Below are positions 27,602 through 35,129 of a DNA stretch of 64,000 nucleotides, one piece after another. The stretch is from a virus. The stretch lies in IMG/VR virus record IMGVR_UViG_3300013093_000022, positions 62,514 to 126,513 of that record. One strand, written 5' to 3'. The first letter of the stretch is position 1, and every line of letters starts with the position of its first letter. The notes beneath the pieces were generated by a model that was given only the letters and a program-made list of their open reading frames with translations, ran no database searches and was not told the origin of the DNA. A program made the position numbers and the translations under genes.

Positions 27602-27638
27602 TCACCCTTTACTGCCGGGGTCGGGAGAGGCTTTACAG
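27602..27638 (-). promoter_or_regulatory. putative late promoter CTGTAA-N22-AAAGGGTGA
   Basis: Bipartite motif; proximal element is one arm of a 10-bp inverted repeat (27581-27610). Confidence 0.6.
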
Positions 27639-27640
27639 GA

Positions 27641-27979
27641 TTATGACTGGATGGCCGCCGACAGGGCAAACCAGGCCTGTGCCGACGACGAGTAGCGGAA
27701 ACCGAAGAAGCCGGTCTTGCCGGGGCCGACCGTGTAGAAGCTCACCATCCCGGCGGTCAACAGCACCCCCGCCGGGAAGGTCACCGAGACGGCGACGGTC
27801 GGGGCCACCACCTCGACCAGGAACATGGCCTGGTCGGCCGGGCCCGACGGCAGTGCGACCGTGTACGGACCGTAGGTGGTGACCCGGGCGCTGGTCGACG
27901 GGTAGTTTGTCTGCAGGTACTGCAGGTCGACGTAGTCGTTCGGCCTCGACGGCGGCTCGCCGAAGTTCTGTAGCGACAT
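27641..27979 (-). CDS. hypothetical virion protein
   Basis: 112 aa, GGAGGGGG RBS. Confidence 0.7.
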   Translation of the reverse strand: MSLQNFGEPPSRPNDYVDLQYLQTNYPSTSARVTTYGPYTVALPSGPADQAMFLVEVVAPTVAVSVTFPAGVLLTAGMVSFYTVGPGKTGFFGFRYSSSAQAWFALSAAIQS

Positions 27980-27993
27980 GAAGAAACCCCCTC

Positions 27994-28029
27994 CTACCCT
28001 TGGTGTGGGGCGGGAGGGGGCTCCTACAG
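27994..28029 (-). promoter_or_regulatory. putative late promoter CTGTAG-N21-CAAGGGTAG
   Basis: Bipartite motif at the point where structural genes resume. Confidence 0.55.
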
Positions 28030-28037
28030 GTGGGAAC

Positions 28038-28601
28038 TCAGTAGCCGATCTTGGCCAGGCAGACCGGGCCGATGCCCCGCTCCTTGGACGCCAGGACGTC
28101 CAATTTGCGGCCGCAGATGAAGCACTGGTCGAACTGGATCGACAGGGCCTCGATCTCGGCGACCGACAGCTTGGTGCCGTTGGTGGCCAGCCTGTACTGC
28201 ATGCCCGGGGCCTTGACCCAGTCGACCCGGTGGGCGTCGGCGTGGTTGGCCGGGACGACCCTGTGGCCGGCCGTGGTGAACTGACCGCGCTTGGCGTAGC
28301 GGATCACCTTGCCCTCGGCCTTGAACTGGCGGACGGCGAAGATGTCGCCGCCCATCGAGTAGACGCCCAGCTCGGCCGGGACGTCGGAGCGGGGGGCGGC
28401 CGACTGGACGACCTTCTTGGGGGCCGCCTTGAGGGTGACGATCCACTCGATGCCGCCGCTGTTCGTCATGCCCTTCTTGGCCTCGGCGAACAGCTCGTCG
28501 CGCTGCTCGGCGGTGACCTCGCGCTCGGTGAGGAGGGCGCGGATGAGGTTCTTGCGGCCCTCGGAGATGGGCTCTCGGGCCCAGACTGCGTTGTTGGTCA
28601 T
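28038..28601 (-). CDS. DUF6011-like zinc-finger protein
   Basis: Start revised to ATG 28601; C-terminal CFICGRKL...SKERGIGPVC. Confidence 0.75.
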   Translation of the reverse strand: MTNNAVWAREPISEGRKNLIRALLTEREVTAEQRDELFAEAKKGMTNSGGIEWIVTLKAAPKKVVQSAAPRSDVPAELGVYSMGGDIFAVRQFKAEGKVIRYAKRGQFTTAGHRVVPANHADAHRVDWVKAPGMQYRLATNGTKLSVAEIEALSIQFDQCFICGRKLDVLASKERGIGPVCLAKIGY

Positions 28602-28609
28602 AACCGTTC

Positions 28610-28637
28610 CAACATAGGGGCCGGCGGCTTTATTCCC
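28610..28637 (-). promoter_or_regulatory. ECF-sigma-type promoter GGGAAT-N18-GTTG
   Basis: One of 4 identically spaced copies; 8 nt before an ATG with no RBS. Confidence 0.75.
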
Positions 28638-28654
28638 GATCCGGCAGAGACTTT

Positions 28655-28852
28655 CTACCAGACCGGAGAGTCGACCGGCTCGTTCTCGACCGCGATCAGC
28701 ATCGGCAGGAAGGGCAGGTCCGGCAGGGCCAGGATCCAGTCCTCGAGGCCGCAGTCGCACCCGACCCGGACGCGGATCTGGTGGACCCGGGGGTGGGGCA
28801 GCGAGTCGTCCATCAGGGTCGCCAAGATCATTCGTTCAGGTTTGCTGCACAT
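28655..28852 (-). CDS. hypothetical protein
   Basis: 65 aa, GAGGAG RBS; CSK...H...CDC possible zinc site. Confidence 0.6.
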   Translation of the reverse strand: MCSKPERMILATLMDDSLPHPRVHQIRVRVGCDCGLEDWILALPDLPFLPMLIAVENEPVDSPVW

Positions 28853-28919
28853 GTGACGGCTCCTCTTCTCAGACGGGTCACAGATCCTATTCCACTCTGA
28901 ACTGATTCACTTGCTACTG

Positions 28920-28949
28920 ATTGTACGGCGAAACGGGCGACCTTTTCAG
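28920..28949 (-). promoter_or_regulatory. possible SigA-type promoter (CTGAAA-N18-TACAAT)
   Basis: TACAAT -10 element in an AT-richer intergenic gap. Confidence 0.35.
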
Positions 28950-29170
28950 GGTGCCACCTCCTGCAGGTGCCTCTTCATCTCATCGGGGTGGGACCGGAAG
29001 CCGGTCCAGTCGATGCTCCTGAGCGGCTCGAGGTCGAGGGAGAACACGGTCGCGAAGATCCTCATCCCGGGCAGGACGACGAACGAGTAGTGGCGGACCC
29101 CGTCGCTGGCCCAGTAGACCCACGCCCCCCGCGACTGGCGGTGGGTGAAGTGGAGGGCCCCGCCCATCAC
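28946..29170 (-). CDS. hypothetical protein
   Basis: GTGA-coupled to the upstream gene. Confidence 0.6.
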   Translation of the reverse strand: MMGGALHFTHRQSRGAWVYWASDGVRHYSFVVLPGMRIFATVFSLDLEPLRSIDWTGFRSHPDEMKRHLQEVAP

Positions 29171-29484
29171 CACCCCCGGAGCCAACTCTCGGCCTCGCCG
29201 GGGTTCCGGCGGGCCGCCGTGACCGCCTTGCGGGCGGCCGCTGCCATCTCCCGGGCCGCCTTACCCGCACCGGTGCGTCCGTCCATGACCTCGCGGCCGA
29301 AGATCTGCCAGCCGTCGATGGTCGTCGGGACCGGCCTGACCTTGCCGCCCCACCGGGCTGCGTCGACGACCGAGTCGATCAGCAGGGCGAACACGGCCCG
29401 GGGCTCGGTGTCGCACGCCCCGAACTCGGCGTGACGCTCCTGGACCTCTTGGAAGGCCTTGGCGGTTTCCTTGAATGTGGTCAT
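29167..29484 (-). CDS. hypothetical protein
   Basis: Start revised to ATG 29484 (MTTFKETAK) after GAGGAGG. Confidence 0.7.
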   Translation of the reverse strand: MTTFKETAKAFQEVQERHAEFGACDTEPRAVFALLIDSVVDAARWGGKVRPVPTTIDGWQIFGREVMDGRTGAGKAAREMAAAARKAVTAARRNPGEAESWLRGW

Positions 29485-29822
29485 GCTTCCTCCTCGTGTT
29501 GTGTGGACAGGACGGTCTCGGTCTGGCGCTCCAGGTGGTCGCGGATCGCCCGCAGCATCACCTTGTAGGCGTCGTGGCGGTCGAAGCCCCAGCCGGTGAG
29601 GCCCAGCGGGGTGTAGGTGCAGCCCGGGCCGTCCACGCCGTCGACGAAGGCGTAGTCGCCGTCCCCGATCCAGGGCATCTTGACCTCTGTCGGGAAGGGT
29701 CGGCGGGCCAGGGTCGACCCGGCGTGCTTGGCGTGGACCTCCCGCGCCTTGCCCTCGACGACGGTCTGGACCGAAGCGCCGTTCGGGAGCCGGACGATGT
29801 AGAGGGTGTCGGGAGTGGTCAC
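29481..29822 (-). CDS. hypothetical protein
   Basis: 113 aa, coupled overlaps, AAGGAGG RBS. Confidence 0.7.
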   Translation of the reverse strand: MTTPDTLYIVRLPNGASVQTVVEGKAREVHAKHAGSTLARRPFPTEVKMPWIGDGDYAFVDGVDGPGCTYTPLGLTGWGFDRHDAYKVMLRAIRDHLERQTETVLSTQHEEEA

Positions 29823-29989
29823 GACTGCGCCTCCTTCTGGTGTAGTGCCAGCCGATCCTCGGCGTGCTCGCGGGTCTTGCCTTGGGAGACGTAGCCACAG
29901 CTACAGTGAGCCCGGTAGGGGGTCGGGTTGCGGTGGTTGCGGCCAGACTCAATGATCTTGCGAGTTTTTTCGTGGGTGTGGTTGATCAT
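29819..29989 (-). CDS. small zinc-binding protein
   Basis: Start ATG 29989, 8 nt after an ECF promoter; H...CSCG...H pattern. Confidence 0.65.
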   Translation of the reverse strand: MINHTHEKTRKIIESGRNHRNPTPYRAHCSCGYVSQGKTREHAEDRLALHQKEAQS

Positions 29990-29997
29990 GCTCATTT

Positions 29998-30025
29998 CAA
30001 CCGCAGTTGATCCCTGTTTATTCCC
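29998..30025 (-). promoter_or_regulatory. ECF-sigma-type promoter GGGAAT-N18-GTTG
   Basis: Identical spacing to the other copies. Confidence 0.75.
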
Positions 30026-30038
30026 CGATTGGGGAGAA

Positions 30039-30158
30039 TTATTTGCGCCCCTTGCCGAAGCGGTCGAGGCAACGCTCGGCAAGATGCAACAGCGAGACGG
30101 CACTGAAGGCGGCGGCCACCGCACCCACCGCCGAACCGGCGACGACCATGAGGGTCAT
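30039..30158 (-). CDS. 39-aa single-TM peptide
   Basis: MTLMVVAGSAVGAVAAAFSAVSLLHL...; ATGA-coupled. Confidence 0.55.
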   Translation of the reverse strand: MTLMVVAGSAVGAVAAAFSAVSLLHLAERCLDRFGKGRK

Positions 30159-30235
30159 CTCCTGTCCAGGGCGGCGAAGGCGAGCGACACCACCGAGAAC
30201 ACGGCGATGAACGAGAACAGGACCAGGTCGGTCAT
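30155..30235 (-). CDS. 26-aa single-TM peptide
   Basis: MTDLVLFSFIAVFSVVSLAFAALDRR; GAGAGG RBS; not in track. Confidence 0.55.
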   Translation of the reverse strand: MTDLVLFSFIAVFSVVSLAFAALDRR

Positions 30236-30247
30236 GGTGGAATCCTC

Positions 30248-30601
30248 TCAGACGGCGATCTTGGTGGCGATCATCTGGTCGCCGCACCCGGGGCACGGCT
30301 CGCCGTAGGTGTAGCTGGTGTCGAGGTCCTTGACCGACGCCCCGACCTCGGACAGGTCGTTGGGACCGGCGTCGTCCTTCCACTGGGGGTTGTAGAAGCA
30401 GCCGTGCTCCCAGACCGCCTTGATGTGCTTGCAGGTCCGGTCGGCGGGCTCGCCCTTGAAGTAGGCGTAGGCCGGGCAGTCGCAGTGGGCGAAGCCGGTC
30501 CCGGCCAGGGAGACCGTGTACACGCTGCCACCCGACCCCTGGACCGAGAAGGTGGAGTAGTACTGGGGGCAGAACCCCACGGTGACGATGTCGGCGCTCA
30601 T
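30248..30601 (-). CDS. SWIM zinc-finger protein
   Basis: Start ATG 30601; GSGGSVYTV...CDCPAY...TCKHI. Confidence 0.8.
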   Translation of the reverse strand: MSADIVTVGFCPQYYSTFSVQGSGGSVYTVSLAGTGFAHCDCPAYAYFKGEPADRTCKHIKAVWEHGCFYNPQWKDDAGPNDLSEVGASVKDLDTSYTYGEPCPGCGDQMIATKIAV

Positions 30602-30825
30602 GCTCGCTTTCCTCTCAGGTAGTCGGCGACGAACCGTTCGGCGGACTGCTTGGCCGACTCCTTGGAGGCGAAGCCCTCGCCGTGGCCGACCACGTGGGCG
30701 TCGTGGACCGACCAGCGCCACGACACGAGATCGTAGACGGCGGCCGTGACCCGGCCGATCTTGAGCTGCTCGTCCTCGTCTCCCTCCGAGTACGGCTCCC
30801 ACTCGCCGGTCAGTGTCAGATCCAT
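30598..30825 (-). CDS. hypothetical protein
   Basis: 75 aa; WRWSV...G.ASKESAKQSAE. Confidence 0.7.
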   Translation of the reverse strand: MDLTLTGEWEPYSEGDEDEQLKIGRVTAAVYDLVSWRWSVHDAHVVGHGEGFASKESAKQSAERFVADYLRGKRA

Positions 30826-30983
30826 CGCCGTCCCTCCCTGGTGGGCAGGTCCCGCTTGACGATGTGGGCGCTCTTGTCGCCCCGCCGGTAGCGGCGCTCG
30901 TAGCGCAGGTTCAGGGCCGGTGTGGGCGTGGGGAACGTGGCCAGCAGGACGCCGGCCCCGCTGTACACCTCGTAGGCGGTCAT
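30816..30983 (-). CDS. hypothetical protein
   Basis: Start revised to ATG 30983 (ATGA overlap). Confidence 0.6.
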   Translation of the reverse strand: MTAYEVYSGAGVLLATFPTPTPALNLRYERRYRRGDKSAHIVKRDLPTREGRRWI

Positions 30984-31102
30984 TTGGCGGTCCTGAGAGC
31001 GACGTGGCCGCACGAAAGGGTCATGCGGAGCCGGTCCATGCCGCCGAAGGCGTACGGCTCGGTGACGCGGGCCTGACGGCCGCACTGTGGGCATGTGGTC
31101 AT
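30980..31102 (-). CDS. 40-aa zinc-ribbon peptide
   Basis: MTTCPQCGRQ...LSCGH; strong AGGAGAGGG RBS; not in track. Confidence 0.65.
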   Translation of the reverse strand: MTTCPQCGRQARVTEPYAFGGMDRLRMTLSCGHVALRTAK

Positions 31103-31109
31103 GCTTCCC

Positions 31110-31473
31110 TCTCCTGTTGATCCTATCGTCGTGTGTGGTGCCCGAAAACTTAAGGGAGCACCCAGCCAGCCTTCCGGTTCCCCTACCCTCCCCGGATTGT
31201 GGCCACGCCCCGGCTGCTCTTGAGTACTACGTCCAACTGTTCTCCTGCTTCACTCGCGGCGGATTTCGCCCTCCGTGCCGCCTTTCGGCGACTCCCCCAC
31301 CTAAGGGGCTCGTCCTTCGTTCAGGGATCGCTCTTCAGGGGCTGCACCACTTAAGGTGTCTGTCCTGAGCCGCTTGCGGCAAAGAGTCGTGGTCGTTAGC
31401 CGTCAGGGACGCTTCTGGGGTACTTGCACGGTACCTCGCAGGTCTGGATGCTCTCTTCAGTTGTCGGTCTTAC
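31110..31473 (-). ncRNA. putative structured non-coding RNA / long 5' leader
   Basis: ~360 nt with no credible ORF between an ECF promoter and the next RBS; multiple hairpins, including a GAAA tetraloop and three CCUUARGU loop motifs. Confidence 0.6.
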
Positions 31474-31481
31474 ACACGGTC

Positions 31482-31509
31482 CAACAGAACGGGGCCCGGG
31501 TTTATTCCC
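31482..31509 (-). promoter_or_regulatory. ECF-sigma-type promoter GGGAAT-N18-GTTG
   Basis: Identical spacing; would drive the putative ncRNA. Confidence 0.75.
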
Positions 31510-31534
31510 CGGGCCCCGAACTTTCTTCCCGCCG

Positions 31535-32305
31535 CTAGTCGAACCGTTCCTGAGCGTCCTTCTGGGTGGGCTTCGGCAGGCTCGCCAGGTTGATGAAGTC
31601 GCCGCTCAGGTCCTTGCAGGCGTGGACCGGCTCACCGGCCAGCCAACGGTTGTACGTCCTGATCCAGACCGCGTACTCGTTCATCAGCGCCGTGTAGCTG
31701 CCCGTCCCCCCGATCTTCAGTGGGCGGACGTTGATCAGGCGGCGGCGCATCGCGCCGAAGGTGGCCCGCTCGGTCTCGTCGCCGCACACCCCGGTGGCGA
31801 CCCCGGTCGCGAACTCCATGTGCTTCACCGGGTCGGCACCGGCCCGGTCGAGGTGGATGTGGAGCGCCGCCAGCGCCGAGGCGGTGATCGACTTGTTCCT
31901 GCCCGAGGCCGTCTTGGTGTACGGCGACTCGTCCGACAGCGCTATCGCCCACTGGACGATCGGACGCCACTCGTCGTTGAAGACCTGGACGTAGTCGGCC
32001 ACCAGGCCCTTGTCCTGGGTGGCGACCATGCCCATCTCCTCGACGATGAACAGCCGGGCGACGGCGGCGAGCCGCCCGACCAGGGACATCCTCGCGCCCC
32101 GGGTCTGGAGGACGTTGCCGATCGTGCGGGGCTTGTTCATGTCGATCACGTCCCCGGCGGAGGGCTCAACGCCCTCGACGATCATCATCGGGACGTCCTG
32201 GGACTTGTCGTTGATGTTGACGCCCATCCCCGTGTGGGGAATTGCAGCCGTGCGCCACGGTGACAGCAGTTCCACCTGCTCCCTCGCCGTCCAGATGCGC
32301 CTCAC
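31535..32305 (-). CDS. leader peptide fused to the C-terminal part of a ParB/DGQHR-like protein
   Basis: Start likely GTG 32305 (GTGA overlap): MRRIWTAREQVELLSPWRTA, then VPMMIVEGV...DVIDMNKPRTIGNVL. Confidence 0.6.
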   Translation of the reverse strand: MRRIWTAREQVELLSPWRTAAIPHTGMGVNINDKSQDVPMMIVEGVEPSAGDVIDMNKPRTIGNVLQTRGARMSLVGRLAAVARLFIVEEMGMVATQDKGLVADYVQVFNDEWRPIVQWAIALSDESPYTKTASGRNKSITASALAALHIHLDRAGADPVKHMEFATGVATGVCGDETERATFGAMRRRLINVRPLKIGGTGSYTALMNEYAVWIRTYNRWLAGEPVHACKDLSGDFINLASLPKPTQKDAQERFD

Positions 32306-32508
32306 ACCAATTCTGGTCGCACACCGGGAACTTTCCACCCCGCGTACGTGCCCCTCGTTGACACGTAGCAGCCACCCACGACGGTCTTGCGGGGGATGTC
32401 TTTCGGGTGGCACGCCGAGTACGGTACACGGCGGTGGTGGGCCGAGGCGGGGGCGTTCGCCAGGCACACGGCGACGGCGATCAGCCTCATGAAGCGACGC
32501 CGGTTCAC
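32302..32508 (-). CDS. small protein with signal-peptide-like N-terminus
   Basis: MNRRRFMRLIAVAVCLANAPASA; AATTAGTGT motif overlaps the start. Confidence 0.45.
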   Translation of the reverse strand: MNRRRFMRLIAVAVCLANAPASAHHRRVPYSACHPKDIPRKTVVGGCYVSTRGTYAGWKVPGVRPELV

Positions 32509-32538
32509 ACTAATTACACGTGCGATATTGGCCAGTAT

Positions 32539-33447
32539 TTAGGCTCGGAGAACGGCGAGAAACTGATTCTTGTTGAAGATGCGCTCCAACTCCCCCAGTC
32601 GCTGCCGATCAACCACCACCAGTGGCTCTGAGAGGTCCCAGGAGTCCCGAATCCGAGGTTGGGGACTGTTGGGGTGGTCCCAACCCTTAGTCTCGATGGC
32701 GAGCCCTTCAACTAAAAAGTCGGGACGATACTCGTGGCCGTCAAGAATAAACGGACGGTCGTCGGGCCACGGTGCCCAAGAAATATTTAAGCGAGTCAGG
32801 CAAGCGATGAATCGAATCTCGTAACCACTGTTGAGATTTACTTCACCGTGACGGTAGTGCTGTGCCCGTTTTCGGCTGTGCTGCAAGTTGGAGCATTTTA
32901 ACGAACAGAACATCATCTGCCCCGGCCACGTTCCAGGGCGGGAAAATTCTTCTTTGCACTGCTGACAGACGGCAGTCTTTCTGGGGATGGGTTTGCGGCC
33001 TGGGCGAGATGTTCGATGTTCGCTGCAGTAAATCCGGTTGTATGACCCCGTGGAGACGCCACACACCTTGCACTCTGGGTAGTGAATGCCACTTGACCGA
33101 GCAATTGCGGCGCACTTCACCGAACAGGTGTTGCGGTCCTGACGGGCGTAGTGGGTGAATTCGTTACCGCATACGGTACACGTACTGGCGGCCCTAGCTT
33201 CCTGTGCCGCCATTTTTCCTCGGCATTTTACGGAACAGGTGTTGTAGGGCTTGCTCCTGCGGTATTTGAACTCTTCGCCGCACCCTGGGCAGACCTTGAC
33301 TATCCAAGTTTCCTGAGCCTCATAAGTGGCTTTCATGTTGCGGGTGCGGAGTTCCTTCCCACACGCGGTTGAGCACGTCCGTTTTGTTCGATATCTGGGC
33401 TGCTCGAACTCGTCGCCGCAGATCTCACAATTACTTTTGTCAGACAA
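32539..33447 (-). CDS. free-standing homing-type endonuclease: tandem Cys4 zinc repeats plus PD-(D/E)xK nuclease
   Basis: Five CxxC...(C)SxxC-type repeats, then SGYE...YRPDF...IETKG; lower GC; start likely TTG 33447 after GGAGGGG. Confidence 0.8.
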   Translation of the reverse strand: MSDKSNCEICGDEFEQPRYRTKRTCSTACGKELRTRNMKATYEAQETWIVKVCPGCGEEFKYRRSKPYNTCSVKCRGKMAAQEARAASTCTVCGNEFTHYARQDRNTCSVKCAAIARSSGIHYPECKVCGVSTGSYNRIYCSEHRTSRPGRKPIPRKTAVCQQCKEEFSRPGTWPGQMMFCSLKCSNLQHSRKRAQHYRHGEVNLNSGYEIRFIACLTRLNISWAPWPDDRPFILDGHEYRPDFLVEGLAIETKGWDHPNSPQPRIRDSWDLSEPLVVVDRQRLGELERIFNKNQFLAVLRA

Positions 33448-33504
33448 AGCAAAACCCCTCCATTTCGGTTGGTTACCCAACCTTACATGAAGGGGCCTTG
33501 CTTT
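33446..33504 (-). terminator. long hairpin: capsid-gene terminator and/or RBS-sequestering structure
   Basis: AAAGCAAGGCCCCUUCAU pairs with AUGGAGGGGUUUUGCUUU (18 bp with G-U), plus an inner GGUUGG/CCAACC stem. Confidence 0.75.
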
Positions 33505-33538
33505 TCAAACTAGGCTTGGTTTACACCCGCAAGAGTTA

Positions 33539-34540
33539 CTAGCTCTTACGAAGTATAACTATGCCGCGTGGGTTTAACACAGCCATCCCGACGAGCTCGT
33601 CCATCACCCATCCCTTGTGGAACTGCTCCACGAGGTTGTTCTCGGTGACGTCCAGGCTGTACATGACCGGGAACACGCCCAGGAAGGACGGGTCCGGGGT
33701 CAGGTACGTGGTGCCCGGGGGGATGATGATCGACTTGCCGATCTGGAACTCGCCGAACTGGACGATCCGCTCACCGGCCACGACACTGTCCTTGAAGGCC
33801 CAGCCGGTCGTGTTGATGTCCCACCTGTAGAAGTCACGGTACTCCTGCGGGTTGCACAGCAGACGGGTGCTGTCCAACATGCGCTGGTCGGTGAAGGTCA
33901 CCGCCGTGTACAGGTCGTCCGGGGACAGGTAGGTACCCGCCACCTGGATCTCGTTCGGCAGCGACCCGGTGCCCGGTGCCGAGGTCGGGTCGACCGACCG
34001 GTACTGGGCCGCCGAGACCTCCAGCAGGGTCACCAGGCGGGCGTCTTCCTGACGCATGATCGCCTGCTTCGTCATGTCCTGGGTGTACTCGACGATGTTG
34101 GACCGCAGGTAGTACAGGTCTTCCTTCTTGATCTTCGGGAAGGAGGCGATGCGGAACAGGAGGATCTCGACACGCTTGCCCTCGAAGGGCGTGATCTTGA
34201 TCTCGCCCTCGTCGCCGTGCAGGAGGTACGCCTGACCCAGGTCGTCCAGGATGTCGTACTGAATGGGCACGCCGGGGGTCAAAGTGTCCTCCAGCAGAAC
34301 ATTCCGCAGAATACCCTGGTAGCGAAGCTGAAGCTGGATCGGGCCGATCATCGACTGACCGAGGCGAACCATCCCATTCTGGCGGTCGGCCAGAATGTTC
34401 GCCAGCTTGACCTGCTTGTCGCGGGCCGACAGCTTACGCCCGCCCATCTTCCGCATCGTCGACTGCATGTCGGAGACGTACTCGTCGGACTTCTTCGCGA
34501 ACCGGCCGAAGCCGGAACCGGTAGCAACAGGAACAGCCAT
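33539..34540 (-). CDS. major capsid protein
   Basis: 333 aa, HK97-like size; follows protease/scaffold; very high GC3; ends GMAVLNPRGIV; resembles the Bxz1-type MCP. Confidence 0.88.
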   Translation of the reverse strand: MAVPVATGSGFGRFAKKSDEYVSDMQSTMRKMGGRKLSARDKQVKLANILADRQNGMVRLGQSMIGPIQLQLRYQGILRNVLLEDTLTPGVPIQYDILDDLGQAYLLHGDEGEIKITPFEGKRVEILLFRIASFPKIKKEDLYYLRSNIVEYTQDMTKQAIMRQEDARLVTLLEVSAAQYRSVDPTSAPGTGSLPNEIQVAGTYLSPDDLYTAVTFTDQRMLDSTRLLCNPQEYRDFYRWDINTTGWAFKDSVVAGERIVQFGEFQIGKSIIIPPGTTYLTPDPSFLGVFPVMYSLDVTENNLVEQFHKGWVMDELVGMAVLNPRGIVILRKS

Positions 34541-34554
34541 TGTCCTACCCCTTC

Positions 34555-35091
34555 CTAACTCGCCGAACCGACGGCGACGGAACTGGCGAAGTTGAACGGG
34601 TTCAGGCGGACGAGGATGACCGAGGTCGACTCCACGTCAATCAGCTCCGCGATCGCGTTCGAGTTGTTCGCGCCGGTTGGGGTGAGAAGGCCGACCGAGT
34701 TCCCGGTCAGCAGCACACGGCCGCCATTGACAGGGTTCAGGCCGGACCAGTTGGCGGTCGCGTCGAACGCCGGGGCGACGACCTCGAAAACCGCGTCGAT
34801 AGCGCCGGTCCACACCGTGAACAGGTTGGTGCCGGTCGCTGTCACCTCGTCGATGCCGAGGGACGGGGCGCAGAACAGGGCCGAGAGCCCGAAGGGCTTC
34901 TGGTTGGCCGCGCCGGTGTAGGGGGTGAAGACTTCAGCCGTCTTGCGGCACATCACCGAACCAGGAAGGATGTCGAACGAACGGCTCCAAGACGGGTCCA
35001 GGAATCCGCCGTACGGTGTCGCCTGGTGCTGCGCGTAGATCGGGCGCAGGGTGCGCTTCTGGGCCGGGTTGGCCACAGTGGGTCGGAACAT
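34555..35091 (-). CDS. capsid accessory/decoration protein
   Basis: 178 aa between scaffold and MCP; strong AAGGAGG RBS. Confidence 0.7.
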   Translation of the reverse strand: MFRPTVANPAQKRTLRPIYAQHQATPYGGFLDPSWSRSFDILPGSVMCRKTAEVFTPYTGAANQKPFGLSALFCAPSLGIDEVTATGTNLFTVWTGAIDAVFEVVAPAFDATANWSGLNPVNGGRVLLTGNSVGLLTPTGANNSNAIAELIDVESTSVILVRLNPFNFASSVAVGSAS

Positions 35092-35129
35092 AACTCTCTT
35101 CCTCCTTTCAGAGGTGTCTAGTCAGGCCC

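Noticed and set aside
31260-31340. Hammerhead ribozyme suggested by CUGAAGA followed by GAAA
   Set aside because: Stem II would need an extra unpaired C, I could not build stems I and III with a UH cleavage site, and the GAAA is better explained as a tetraloop hairpin
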